Shown in pieces: positions 11,164 through 21,096 of a DNA stretch of 64,000 nucleotides. This DNA is from Theionarchaea archaeon (lineage in GTDB: Archaea > Methanobacteriota_B > Thermococci > Methanofastidiosales > SZ-28-30). Numbering within the stretch: position 1 is the stretch's first letter; each line of letters begins with the position of its first letter. The notes under the pieces are model-generated. The model was not told the origin of the DNA, searched no databases, and saw nothing but the letters and a program-made list of their open reading frames with translations. Both the position numbers and the translations under genes were made by a program. The stretch is taken from NCBI GenBank assembly GCA_018992685.1, contig JACVGT010000001.1, positions 100,458-164,457 of the forward strand, in the 5' to 3' direction.

Positions 11164-12039
11164 ATGGAACATCTGGAGCATCCGCCTGGCCCGGAAAAAG
11201 AATGGAACGAGAGCTACTATTTCAACTTCTATGATCCCAGAACCTGCATCGGTGGGTTCACCCGAATAGGGTTCAAGCCCAACAAGAACGAAGCTGTCGG
11301 ATACCTGTTCCTGTTCTACCAAAATGAGATTCTGAAGGTCGTCCTCCAGGACAAGGTCGAGACCGTCCCTGAGAGAATACAGGTAGGGTCCCTGCAGTTT
11401 GTCCCCGAATGGACTCTTGCATTTTCTGGCAAGATGGCTGGAGGAGAGGCCACTATCAGAAATGTCGATGTACGGCTGAAATACGCTCCCCTGCATACAG
11501 AATTCAGCTACCTTGCGTGCGTCACCTCTCAACAACAGGAAATATGCAAAGTAGTGTGTGCGGATCATTACGAGCAGATGGGGCTGGTGACAGGGCGCAT
11601 AACAGTAGATTCTTGTTCTCAGGATATTAGGGCTCTGGGGGAGAGAGATCATAGTTGGGGGGAACGAGATTGGAATGCCCCTGATCTCTGGATATACGTG
11701 ACTGCACCCTTTGACCCTGAATTCGGGATCAATATCGCCCAGATGCGTATCAATGGAGAAGAAATCAACACAGGGTTTATCATGGAAAACGGAGAGAACT
11801 TTCCTGTTCTGGACGTTAAAGCAGAATGTATCACCCAGGATGGGAGGCAGAAAGAGGTTCTCTACCGCATCAGTGATGTGAGAGGGAGGAGGTTCACACT
11901 GAAGGGGAGGGTGTTGAACACAGTGCAAATTCCCTATAGAGGAAGAGGAGTGTCAGTACTCAATGAGAACTTGACGTCATTCGAGTGCGGGAAAAAGAAG
12001 GGATATGGTATTGCTGAATATCTGGTAAGAATAGAGTAA
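11164..12039 (+). CDS. Lipocalin/tocopherol-cyclase (CrtC)-like beta-barrel protein, coupled to the phosphotransferase
   Basis: WNESYYFNFYD, HYEQ.G..G, GERDHSWG.RDW motifs; starts 1 nt after the upstream stop. Confidence 0.6.
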   Translation: MEHLEHPPGPEKEWNESYYFNFYDPRTCIGGFTRIGFKPNKNEAVGYLFLFYQNEILKVVLQDKVETVPERIQVGSLQFVPEWTLAFSGKMAGGEATIRNVDVRLKYAPLHTEFSYLACVTSQQQEICKVVCADHYEQMGLVTGRITVDSCSQDIRALGERDHSWGERDWNAPDLWIYVTAPFDPEFGINIAQMRINGEEINTGFIMENGENFPVLDVKAECITQDGRQKEVLYRISDVRGRRFTLKGRVLNTVQIPYRGRGVSVLNENLTSFECGKKKGYGIAEYLVRIE

Positions 12040-12343
12040 ATTAAAAATAAAGGGCAGCAGGAGGAGGAAAGGGATATTCTCATTGTTCTTTGAGTGACTC
12101 CACGCATTTCCTGGGATTCTATGGTGTCGTTGCATCAGGATACTCCATATTCTCCCCACATATACCCCGGAAATAAACTACACCAACATGCTTCTCAGGA
12201 GGATTTCCCACCCGTGACCAGCCCCTTTTCTTAAGGCAATCATCGAAACATTTATAAGTATGTAGATATGCTACCTGCATAGCAAGTCTACCTAGTAGAG
12301 GATGGAGGAGAGAACATAGATAACAGGTTGTGAGGTGTACTAG

Positions 12344-13327
12344 ATGAAGATATTGTTAACTGGTGCCTTTGGCAACGTAGGGAGGAGCACACTCAAAGCA
12401 CTCATAAAGAAAGGATACTTCGTGAGAGTCTTTGATGTTTACACAGACCAGACTACGGTTCGTGCACAGGAATTTGAAGATCATCCCCAGGTGGAGATGT
12501 TCTGGGGAGATCTGTGTGACAAGGAGGACGTTCTTACAGCGCTTGATGAGACTATTGACGTAGTCATTCATGTGGCAGCCATTATTCCACCATTGGCAGA
12601 TAAGAGACCTGAATTTGCCAGAGCCGTGAATGTAGGTGGAACAGCGAATATTCTCGCTGCCATGGAGTCTCTTGACAGGAGCCCGAGGCTGATTTACACA
12701 TCCTCAATTTCTGTCTACGGGGATCGAGTGAAAACCCCTTTCATACAGGTCACTGATCCTGTGGCCCCCAATGATGACGATGAGTACGCACAGACCAAGC
12801 TTGAAGCAGAAAAACGTATTACAGGCTCTGCTGTAGAATGGGCTATCTTTCGGTTGACCTACATTGTTTCTCCAGAAAAGCTGGAAATGGACCCGCTCAT
12901 GTTTCACATGCCTCTCGAAACGTCTATTGAAATATGCCACACAGAGGATGTGGGAGTTGCCCTGGCAAATGCCGTCACATGTGATGAGATCTGGGGAGGC
13001 ATATATCACATTGCAGGGGGAGAGAAATGCAGGACAACATACAAAGAGTACATCCAGACCATGATGGAGATATTCGGGCTGGGAAGCCAGTGCCTGCCTG
13101 AAGAAGCCTTCAGCACGGGGAAATTTCACTGTGGATTCATGGACACGTCAAGGAGTCAAGCCTTACTGAAGTACCAGCACCACACTCTCGAAGATTACTA
13201 CAGGGAAGTGAAGAAAGAAGTTGGACCGAAGAGATGGTTGATGCGTCTCGTCTCATGGGCTGCACGGCTCTACCTCTTGAACAAGTCAGAGTTCTACAGA
13301 AAGAACAGCAGAAAGCCCACGGTGTAG
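12344..13327 (+). CDS. NAD-dependent epimerase/dehydratase (extended SDR)
   Basis: TGAFGNVG Rossmann motif, HVAA, NVGGT, TSS, YAQTK catalytic YxxxK. Confidence 0.9.
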   Translation: MKILLTGAFGNVGRSTLKALIKKGYFVRVFDVYTDQTTVRAQEFEDHPQVEMFWGDLCDKEDVLTALDETIDVVIHVAAIIPPLADKRPEFARAVNVGGTANILAAMESLDRSPRLIYTSSISVYGDRVKTPFIQVTDPVAPNDDDEYAQTKLEAEKRITGSAVEWAIFRLTYIVSPEKLEMDPLMFHMPLETSIEICHTEDVGVALANAVTCDEIWGGIYHIAGGEKCRTTYKEYIQTMMEIFGLGSQCLPEEAFSTGKFHCGFMDTSRSQALLKYQHHTLEDYYREVKKEVGPKRWLMRLVSWAARLYLLNKSEFYRKNSRKPTV

Positions 13328-13480
13328 AACCTTCTTCTTTTTCTGTGTTCCCTTTTCGACTATTTGAAGAGAACCACAGAGTTCCATCTGATGTTGTCAC
13401 AGGGGTCAGGGAAATTGTGGGTTTCATTCTCCTGGGCTGTGGTCAGTCCATCTCATGATCCATTGAAGGGTATTGATTCT

Positions 13481-14596
13481 TTATTGTCTCACCTTGAGAG
13501 CCACAGCTGCACCCGCCACTCCAACAATAGCCAGGAACACGAAGGACGCAGAGACTCCACTCTGTTCTGCGACAATCCCCATGATCACAGGACTCGAAGT
13601 GGCCATCAACCCAGCGAGTCCCTGGACCAACCCCAGGGCGGTCCCGTACCATGCCTCAGGCACACCCTCCACAAAAGCAGCAGTTGCAGGAACCCACACT
13701 ACGTAGGCCACGAATCCCAGAGGAATAAGGAATACCCACACAGAATGGAAGACCACGAGGACCAGAACGGAGGCCGCAAGCATTGACACGAAGATTATCT
13801 TTCGTCTGCTGTACCTATCTGTCAGGATTCCTGCCAGAAGTTCTGCAATAACCCCTGTGCCGTAGAAGAGGGTGATTGCACCCGTTACAGATGTAGTAGA
13901 AAACCCTATCTCTTCCAGTTGGATGGGTAGAAATACCACAAATCCCCTGAAGAACATGGCAAAACATCCAAAAAGAATGCACATAAGTATAGATTCTTTC
14001 TGTACGAGTGGGTATTGGCTTCTTCCAACGTGGGAAGAATGTTCTTCTCTCACAAAGAAAAAAAGTGCTGCTGATATGAGCCCTGTCAAAGGCAGGAGGA
14101 GGAGCACCTCATGCCACCCCCACTTACTCAAGATTATCCCTGCACACACGGGGTAGGTGAGTATTCCGATACCTCCACCAACTCCATGGATACCCAGGAT
14201 TTTTCCCCGTATTTTTTCTTTCATAGACTTGACAAGGAGGGCGATTCCACAGGGATGATAGAAGCTCGCTCCAAATCCTGCCAGCAGATTCAGCATGATG
14301 AGGGAGGAATATGATGAGCAGAATGACATTGCAAAAAGACTCACAGACAGGACAGCCAGCCCGAATGATATGAAGGGCCACTTCACTTTAGAAAAATCAG
14401 AAACATATCCTGCAATAATTTGGCCAAATCCAAGGGTCAGTACCATGGAACCTCCAAAGATTCCTATCTGCGTATAGGAGAGATTGAAGTCACGTGCAAT
14501 GAATGGAATAAGCAAGGGCAGCATGAGAATGAGTCCATCGTCCACAAAATGTCCCATGAATGTTGCAGCTACGACTCTTTTCATCGTGGCATCCAT
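13481..14596 (-). CDS. MFS transporter (Fsr-like)
   Basis: GHFVDD, GYVSD, GASFYHP, GILTDRYSRRK motifs; about 12 TM. Confidence 0.9.
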   Translation of the reverse strand: MDATMKRVVAATFMGHFVDDGLILMLPLLIPFIARDFNLSYTQIGIFGGSMVLTLGFGQIIAGYVSDFSKVKWPFISFGLAVLSVSLFAMSFCSSYSSLIMLNLLAGFGASFYHPCGIALLVKSMKEKIRGKILGIHGVGGGIGILTYPVCAGIILSKWGWHEVLLLLPLTGLISAALFFFVREEHSSHVGRSQYPLVQKESILMCILFGCFAMFFRGFVVFLPIQLEEIGFSTTSVTGAITLFYGTGVIAELLAGILTDRYSRRKIIFVSMLAASVLVLVVFHSVWVFLIPLGFVAYVVWVPATAAFVEGVPEAWYGTALGLVQGLAGLMATSSPVIMGIVAEQSGVSASFVFLAIVGVAGAAVALKVRQ

Positions 14597-14636
14597 GCAC
14601 GTACTCTTCTAAGACCTATAAAAATATTGAGGTTTG

Positions 14637-15332
14637 TCAATGGACAGTCCCACGTCTTGTAGCATATACAATGGCTGAAACCTCCCACGGCTGGATTTCT
14701 ACCTGTATCTCAGTGAACCCATGCACCTCCAGAGCACTCTTCATGGTAGTAACCCAGGTGGACTCAACGATTATGTGCTTGAGTTCTCTGCCCATTTCTC
14801 TCCACGACTGAGACATGTGGAGAACTGACCGGAGCAAGACCCAGTAGATATTGTAGGTGAGTCTGTAGAATGCGTTTTCTGGATAGGTGAAATCATGGAA
14901 CACTATGAGCCCCTCTGGATTGAGAATCTTGGAGCAGTTTCTGATTACCACATTCATGTTTATATATTTTGGGAGATAACTCGCAGTTATGAGATCATAT
15001 CGGTTTTCAACAACGTCCTCAGCATTCGCCTGGAAGAATTCGACATTCTTCACAGCACTCTTGATTTTCTTGGCTCTGGCATACAGGAGGTATTCTTCCT
15101 GAAGGTCAATACCAACCACTGCACTCTCAGGGAATCTCTGTGCCAGTGCAAAGGTCAGTATCCCTGTACCGCATGCAAGATCCAATATGGTTTTCGGGGT
15201 GATCTGACTTGATATTTCCAGGATTCTCTTCTTCCAGGAGCTGTCCTGCCCCAGGGTAGCGACCTTCACCATGAGATCGTATGTACTTCCTGTGGTGGCA
15301 AAAATCTGTCTTACGAGGTTGGGCTGGTCCAT
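14637..15332 (-). CDS. UbiE/MenG-like class I SAM methyltransferase
   Basis: IFA..G.TYDLM...T.G.D..WK, ILDLACGTG, GID motifs; start taken at MDQPN. Confidence 0.8.
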   Translation of the reverse strand: MDQPNLVRQIFATTGSTYDLMVKVATLGQDSSWKKRILEISSQITPKTILDLACGTGILTFALAQRFPESAVVGIDLQEEYLLYARAKKIKSAVKNVEFFQANAEDVVENRYDLITASYLPKYINMNVVIRNCSKILNPEGLIVFHDFTYPENAFYRLTYNIYWVLLRSVLHMSQSWREMGRELKHIIVESTWVTTMKSALEVHGFTEIQVEIQPWEVSAIVYATRRGTVH

Positions 15333-15485
15333 TCGTTTCTCCTTGCCTGCCTTCAGTGGCAAAGCTGAATCTTCTTCTTAGAGGAGACGGCATGTTCCTA
15401 AGAACATGAATTGAGGTACACGTCTTCCACGAGTGGTTTCCGTGGTTTGTGGTTCAGTACCATCCAATGGTTCCTGTAGCCTGAA

Positions 15486-16292
15486 TCATCCAGTTCTGTC
15501 TCCCAGCCACTTCATTGCATAGTCAACTGCCTCTTTCTGGGAGAACAGCCGCGACGCTGCCAGTCCGATATATCCTTTCTTCACGTCACATGCTTTCTCA
15601 AAATCCTCTCCCATGGCTTCGAATTCGTCACTGTTGTAGTCAATATCCTCATAGGCTTTCCATACTCTCTTTCCTTCTTCAAGAACGGGCGCCTCACACA
15701 TGGTCCTCTTTCGCATGTTCAACCGGTATTCTGCCAGATGGAATGAGGTATTCTTTGCGTATGAAACCCCCATCAGGAGAATCCATCCATTGAGTGCGTA
15801 CAGTTTCCCTAATGGTGATTGGACTCCCAGACTGTAGGAGAACCCATGGGTTCCTGTTACCATTCTCTTGTGCCTCCCCCACGCAGCAAAGGACACGGTG
15901 GGATGGTTGCTCCTCAGGACTCCGGGAAACGTTCTGAAGCAATCAACAATTCTGCCCATCTCGCGGGTGGGGGTGTATATTGGATTGAAAGCAGGCATAG
16001 TCTCCTTTATTGTCTTTACCCATTCTTGTGGTACAGGAGGGTTGCTCCAGTTCTCAGGATTCGAGTAATCACCTGAATGGGTGGGCATAACAAGTGTCCC
16101 TTCTTCTGTCAGTGTATCCATGAGTGCCTGAACCACAGCCACCGGACCGCCGCTTACCCACCCGATTCTGTTCAGAGAAGAATGCACCAGGAGGGTCATC
16201 CTTCTGGCAACGCCCAGCCTTCGCAGATCACGTGCCAGGGACTGCTGTGTCTGGGGGAATGGTGTATTTTCTATGAGGGATGCTTCAGGCAT
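15486..16292 (-). CDS. Aminoglycoside N(3)-acetyltransferase family (AAC(3)/YokD-like)
   Basis: LLVHSSL, GTLVMPT, RSNHPT.SFAAWG, SPLGKL, NTSFHLAE motifs; probable start MPEAS at 16292. Confidence 0.9.
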   Translation of the reverse strand: MPEASLIENTPFPQTQQSLARDLRRLGVARRMTLLVHSSLNRIGWVSGGPVAVVQALMDTLTEEGTLVMPTHSGDYSNPENWSNPPVPQEWVKTIKETMPAFNPIYTPTREMGRIVDCFRTFPGVLRSNHPTVSFAAWGRHKRMVTGTHGFSYSLGVQSPLGKLYALNGWILLMGVSYAKNTSFHLAEYRLNMRKRTMCEAPVLEEGKRVWKAYEDIDYNSDEFEAMGEDFEKACDVKKGYIGLAASRLFSQKEAVDYAMKWLGDRTG

Positions 16293-16362
16293 AGAACCAC
16301 TAGGTCTCGAACACTTATATTCTTTTTTTGTGGAAGGGGAGTTTACATGGGGACCGAGAACA

Positions 16363-17592
16363 TCAGAGCGCTGAGTTAAGCCATTTGGGCCCCTTCTTTG
16401 CCTCAATGTGGTGCCCTCCCAGGTATTCCAGAAATCGCTGTAATTCCTTGGTGACAGCGTCCTTAAGCTTGCTGTCAGGGTGGTTAAAGAAATGGAAATT
16501 CCTTATTTCTAATGTCTGTTCCTCTTTTTTGTAGAAAGGATCTATCAGCCCCACATAATCTCCATTATACAGTACGGGCAGGCAGTAGTATCCATATTTC
16601 CTGTCTTTGACCTTCTTGTATACTTCCCAGGAATATTCTGAACCATACACGGCCTGGAATAATGCCCTGTTCCAGGTAAGAGGGTCCAGGGGGGCCAGGA
16701 ATCGGAGACAATCCGAGGACGGTTCGGGGGGATCGTGCCACAGAGTGGAATCCTCTATTGGTGCATAGATCTGACCCTTCCATCCCTCCAAGTGAAGTGA
16801 AAAGAGGACACCCTCCTTCTCCAGGTGCCCGAGGAGCTCTCGAATTTTTGGCGTCTTCCCAATGCTGTACCATTGTTCTGGCGCCCTCAAGGGGGAAACC
16901 AACCGCGATGCCCTTGTGATCATGGTTGCCATCTGATTCATGCATTCTTCATCATCAGGAGGTTCTGCTGTATAGACAGACTGGGGAATCACGTCTTCTG
17001 CCAGAACGTAGTATTTGCGTGAACCCTCCCTGTGGTGAATTGCCACTTTCCCGGAGATCCAGAGCCGTTCCAGCAGGACCCGGGAGAGGGCTGTCTGTCC
17101 CCACCACCTCACTTTTTTCCATCCTTTAATGTCGAGCGAGGTGACGGGGCCATCTTCCAGCATCCTGAGAATGAATGCTGTCTCTCTCTTGTGTTCCTTG
17201 AAGAAGGGAGCATTTCTGTTCTGCATGCGGGTTCTCAACCAGTTGAAGACGGGATATTTTTCCATGGGAAGAATGGAGAGCATTTTGCAGAAGTATTCAA
17301 AGAGGTCCCGCTTCTGGTACAACAGGTGGTGCAGGTGACTCTGCCTGTAGTTTGAAACCCTGCTCTGCACGGTTAGATCTGCATTCCTGCCTGCAACGTC
17401 TATGGGGTCTGACTGAATGCACTGGTGTTTCTTTAAAACTCCCAGCGTCCCGGAGAGACCCTCCTGCAAAGAAGAAAACCCGTGCAGGTGGAATAAGACC
17501 TTTCTGGCATGTGAGGGCGTCACCGTGAGCATGAGAGAATGTGGCATTACCTCTAAAAAAGGTTTGGACTCCTTCCTTCGTGATGAAATCAT
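16363..17592 (-). CDS. YcaQ/AlkZ-family (HTH_42) winged-helix DNA glycosylase-like protein
   Basis: IQSDPIDVAGRN..L..SR (QxD), LAPLDPL.W.R, Y.WEVY...RKYGYY.LPVL; GGAGGT SD before ATG 17592. Confidence 0.85.
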   Translation of the reverse strand: MISSRRKESKPFLEVMPHSLMLTVTPSHARKVLFHLHGFSSLQEGLSGTLGVLKKHQCIQSDPIDVAGRNADLTVQSRVSNYRQSHLHHLLYQKRDLFEYFCKMLSILPMEKYPVFNWLRTRMQNRNAPFFKEHKRETAFILRMLEDGPVTSLDIKGWKKVRWWGQTALSRVLLERLWISGKVAIHHREGSRKYYVLAEDVIPQSVYTAEPPDDEECMNQMATMITRASRLVSPLRAPEQWYSIGKTPKIRELLGHLEKEGVLFSLHLEGWKGQIYAPIEDSTLWHDPPEPSSDCLRFLAPLDPLTWNRALFQAVYGSEYSWEVYKKVKDRKYGYYCLPVLYNGDYVGLIDPFYKKEEQTLEIRNFHFFNHPDSKLKDAVTKELQRFLEYLGGHHIEAKKGPKWLNSAL

Positions 17593-17850
17593 TGGTCTGA
17601 CCTCCCTTAGAAATATGAACAAAGATAGGTTTGAACAGAGATGACGTTCCTTCGTATACTCCCTCAACAGAAATGTGATTCTTCAGCCTCGAAATCAGAA
17701 AGAAAGCACCGTTAACCCTGGAAATCCAGAAAACAAAAGGACTGAAAAAGGAAAGGTGCTCACCCTGGCCAGTGTCTTTCGTAATTCTGATCTTGTCAGA
17801 TGTGGAGCTCCTCAACAGCAGCACGATGTCAGCCTGTGAAGATGAATAGT

Positions 17851-18013
17851 AACCTTTATAAGCATGGATGCACAGCATTAGCTGCAAAGGACTGTAAACA
17901 AAGGTTCGTACTTCGATCATTCGGATTCCGTAACTTTTCTGTTGTAAGTTTTTTGTAAAGAGTTCAGATACGATCTGGGGATATCTCAGAAACGGTCTGA
18001 GGAGATGATACAC
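17851..18013 (+). promoter_or_regulatory. Promoter and long conserved 5'-UTR of csp copy 1
   Basis: AACCTTTATAAGC TATA box, then a 77-nt block (17883-17959) 76/77 identical to 20404-20480. Confidence 0.6.
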
Positions 18014-18205
18014 GTGAAAGGAACAGTACAGTGGTTCAATGCCCGCAAGGGGTATGGATTCATCCAGGATGAAAATGGAAATGACATCTTTGTCCATCAG
18101 AGTGCCGTACCCATGGGCGTCTTCCTCAATGAGGGAGATCAGGTCGAATTCGAACAGGAAGAATCAGACAGAGGACCTCGAGCAGTAAATGTGCGAAAGC
18201 TGTAG
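18014..18205 (+). CDS. cspA: Cold-shock protein (CSD), copy 1
   Basis: KGTVQWFNARKGYGFI (RNP1), DIFVHQSA (RNP2); GTG start with GGAGATGA SD. Confidence 0.93.
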   Translation: MKGTVQWFNARKGYGFIQDENGNDIFVHQSAVPMGVFLNEGDQVEFEQEESDRGPRAVNVRKL

Positions 18206-18617
18206 GTTGTTGTTGATTCGTAAAGGCTAGTTTGTTCTTTCTTTTTTTGTTTCTTCAAATCACCTTTCCTTTTTAACCATTTCAATATTCCCAGACATTG
18301 AAGACATGTCCATCCATGAAGGAGAAGGAAATGGTTTTGCACAATTTTTTCTCTCGCAATAAGAAGATGATTGTTGAACTGGTGGCTGTTGTAGTGGTCT
18401 ACGGCGTCATGGTTGTCGTTCTTGTGCGCAGGCGAAAAGAGCCAAAAACCAATCAACCGGGGAAGACGCAGAAAGATGGGATCTTCTCAGATTTATCATT
18501 TCTTTCTTGATTTTTCCCTATCCGGTTTATATGGACTGGAGATTGTATTTTGACGGAGTTCCACCAGTGGAAAAACATCTGTTTGGACGTACCCTTTCTG
18601 GGGAAAGCAGGAGCTTC

Positions 18618-19964
18618 TCAAGGGGGAAGAGAATCAGCAGTTCTTTTCTGCAGTCCCCGCACATACATTCGTGCCCATACAAAGGCAGTCGTTCCTCCCG
18701 TGATATTGCCCGTGACAATCCCCCACCACACACCTGAAAGTCCCATGCCGAGGACCAGGGAGAACGTGAAAGCTAAAGGCGCCACCAAGACAATGGTCCG
18801 AAAGATTGTTACGATTAAGGCACTGGTCCCCCTCCCTGTCCCCTGAAACATGGCAGATGACAGCATGCCCCACGAGACCACAGGATAGTAGAAGCACATG
18901 ATCCTCAGGAACGTTATCAAGTCCTGGGTGATGCGGGCAGCATCTGGAGAAAAGGTGAATAACATGGTAATATACGGGGCCAACCCATAGGTTGCTGCAG
19001 CAACTACCAGCTCAATAACAATCCCGATTTTTACTGCATACAGGTGAGCTGCATCGAGCTTCCCGTAGTCTTTGCTCCCAAAAGCAGCCCCCGTCACTGC
19101 TGTGACAGCAGTAGCAATTCCCATTAATGGGAGTGACGCAAAAGTTGCAACTCTCCACCCCGTGGTAAAGACAGCCACACCGTCTGTGCCCCCTGCCCTT
19201 ACCACAATAACGTTCAAGAACAGCACTGACAAGGACATGGACAACTGGGATACAGCTGAGGGGAGCCCCACTTTGAGAATTTCTGCAATAATCTCTTTCC
19301 TGAATCTAAATCCACGGAGTGACGGAGAAACGAAGGTAATCTTCTTGATGAAGATCCAGGTGAATAGTATCAGGGAGGCAACTGTCAAGGACAGGACAGT
19401 AGCGACAGCAGCCCCTGCAACACCCATTCCTAAGGTGTAGATGAAGATGGGGTCCAGGATGATATTGAGTACTGCGCCACTCATCAGTGCATACATTGAA
19501 CGTGTGGCGTCTCCCTCACCTCTCAAGAGGGCATTGGCGACGTTGGAAAAGAAAATGACCACACTACCTGCTATAATTACCCGACCGTACTGTGTAGCAC
19601 TGTCAGTTATGTCTCCTGCACCCATCGCAGAGAAGATGTCCCTGGCAAAGATGAAAAACGGGATAGCAAAAGCCATGGCTGCCAGCAACATAATGACAAT
19701 GGTATGAGAACCCACAGTATCTGCACCTTTTTTGTCTCTGGCACCTATTCTCCTTGAGATGGCCGATCCCCCTCCAATGCCAATACCTGTGGCCATGGCA
19801 TTCATCATGAAGAAGAAGGGAAAAAAGAACCCCACTGCAGAGAGCGCATCAGCCCCCAGCCCTGAAACCCAGATGGCATCCACGACATTGTAGATTGTCT
19901 GTATTGACATTGCCACCATCATGGGCAGGGAAAGTTTTATGATAGCCTTCTTGGGATCGCCCAT
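18618..19964 (-). CDS. MATE-family efflux transporter
   Basis: GDPKKAIIKLSLP, YNVVDAIWVS, LNIILDPIFI, FQGTG motifs; 12 TM. Confidence 0.92.
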   Translation of the reverse strand: MGDPKKAIIKLSLPMMVAMSIQTIYNVVDAIWVSGLGADALSAVGFFFPFFFMMNAMATGIGIGGGSAISRRIGARDKKGADTVGSHTIVIMLLAAMAFAIPFFIFARDIFSAMGAGDITDSATQYGRVIIAGSVVIFFSNVANALLRGEGDATRSMYALMSGAVLNIILDPIFIYTLGMGVAGAAVATVLSLTVASLILFTWIFIKKITFVSPSLRGFRFRKEIIAEILKVGLPSAVSQLSMSLSVLFLNVIVVRAGGTDGVAVFTTGWRVATFASLPLMGIATAVTAVTGAAFGSKDYGKLDAAHLYAVKIGIVIELVVAAATYGLAPYITMLFTFSPDAARITQDLITFLRIMCFYYPVVSWGMLSSAMFQGTGRGTSALIVTIFRTIVLVAPLAFTFSLVLGMGLSGVWWGIVTGNITGGTTAFVWARMYVRGLQKRTADSLPP

Positions 19965-20370
19965 GAGGATTTTGGTACCCTTGGTTTCCTCTGCCGGTTT
20001 TTTCGCTGGTATGATGCTCGTGAGATCACCCTCTGTAGATATTGGTTTGTGTCTCTTCTGGAACTCACCTACAACGTGGGATTGTGAGGTTCTGCCTTGG
20101 ATTAATCGTCATAACGGTGGGGCGTTAATGACTTATAAACCCTTCCTGTTACTGGTTCCGGACTGTGACCTTCCAGCCGTTGCGGCTGTTATGCATGGTT
20201 GATGAACCGGGTGGCACGCAAGAACTTTTTTTTCAACCAGCGAAGCTTTTGTTCAGAGTGAGATAGCACGATGGTTCTGGCGTCCAGGTATTTTCTCTTT
20301 CCCATATGAGACAGGACTCCTTTTGGATCATATTCCGTCTTGTTCTGAAAAAAAAGAGGAAAGCGATGAT

Positions 20371-20511
20371 AACCTTTATAAGCGTGAATGTAGAAGAAGG
20401 ACATGCAAAGGACTGTAAACAAAGGTTCGTACTTCGATCATTCGGATTCCGTAACTTTTCTGTTGTAGGTTTTTTGTAAATAATTCAGATCTAATCTGAG
20501 GAGATGATAAC
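20371..20511 (+). promoter_or_regulatory. Promoter and long conserved 5'-UTR of csp copy 2
   Basis: Same TATA box AACCTTTATAAGC and same 77-nt block as upstream of copy 1. Confidence 0.6.
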
Positions 20512-20703
20512 GTGAAAGGAACAGTACAGTGGTTCAATGCCCGCAAGGGGTATGGGTTTATCCAGGATGAAAATGGAAAGGATTTCTTTGTTCATCAGAG
20601 TGCCGTACCCATGGGCGCCTATCTCAATGAGGGAGATGAAGTTGAATTCGAACAGGAAGAATCAGACAGAGGACCTCGAGCAGTACGTGTACGAAGGACA
20701 TGA
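20512..20703 (+). CDS. cspA: Cold-shock protein (CSD), copy 2
   Basis: Near-identical paralog of 18014..18205 with RNP1/RNP2 motifs. Confidence 0.93.
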   Translation: MKGTVQWFNARKGYGFIQDENGKDFFVHQSAVPMGAYLNEGDEVEFEQEESDRGPRAVRVRRT

Positions 20704-21096
20704 TTCTGGCTTCGATTCATGATTACTAGTCAATCGCCCTTCTTTATTTTTTTTTAGATATTATTCAATTTCTCTCCTTTTTTGATTCTGTCAACCATCA
20801 GACGAAACCGTGGATCCCTTCATGACATGGAGGGAGATGGTACCTCCCATGAAACTGGAAGGATGTTCTTTCTCTCATCTGATAGAACCCTCCCCCGGTG
20901 GTTCTCCTCTTTCAACAGTGTGGAATCAGGGTTCACTGCGGTTCTCTATGGTAGTCTACAGTACTATGGCTCATCACGAACCGCAGGTGAACTGAGGATA
21001 CAGGAGTATGCTAAAGAAGGAGGGGACGCAACTCACTTTGCACACGTTTGGGAAAACAGAAAACGAAAAAAAGGGTGAAAGAAAGAAAAATGGAAA

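Noticed and set aside
11122-11928. Long antisense ORFs (also 17297..18097, 10248..10784, 4796..5344 and similar)
   Set aside because: They overlap well-supported genes on the other strand or frame and have no motifs
18298-18510. Short ORF with one hydrophobic stretch downstream of csp copy 1
   Set aside because: No clear SD or family motif; possibly real but unsupported
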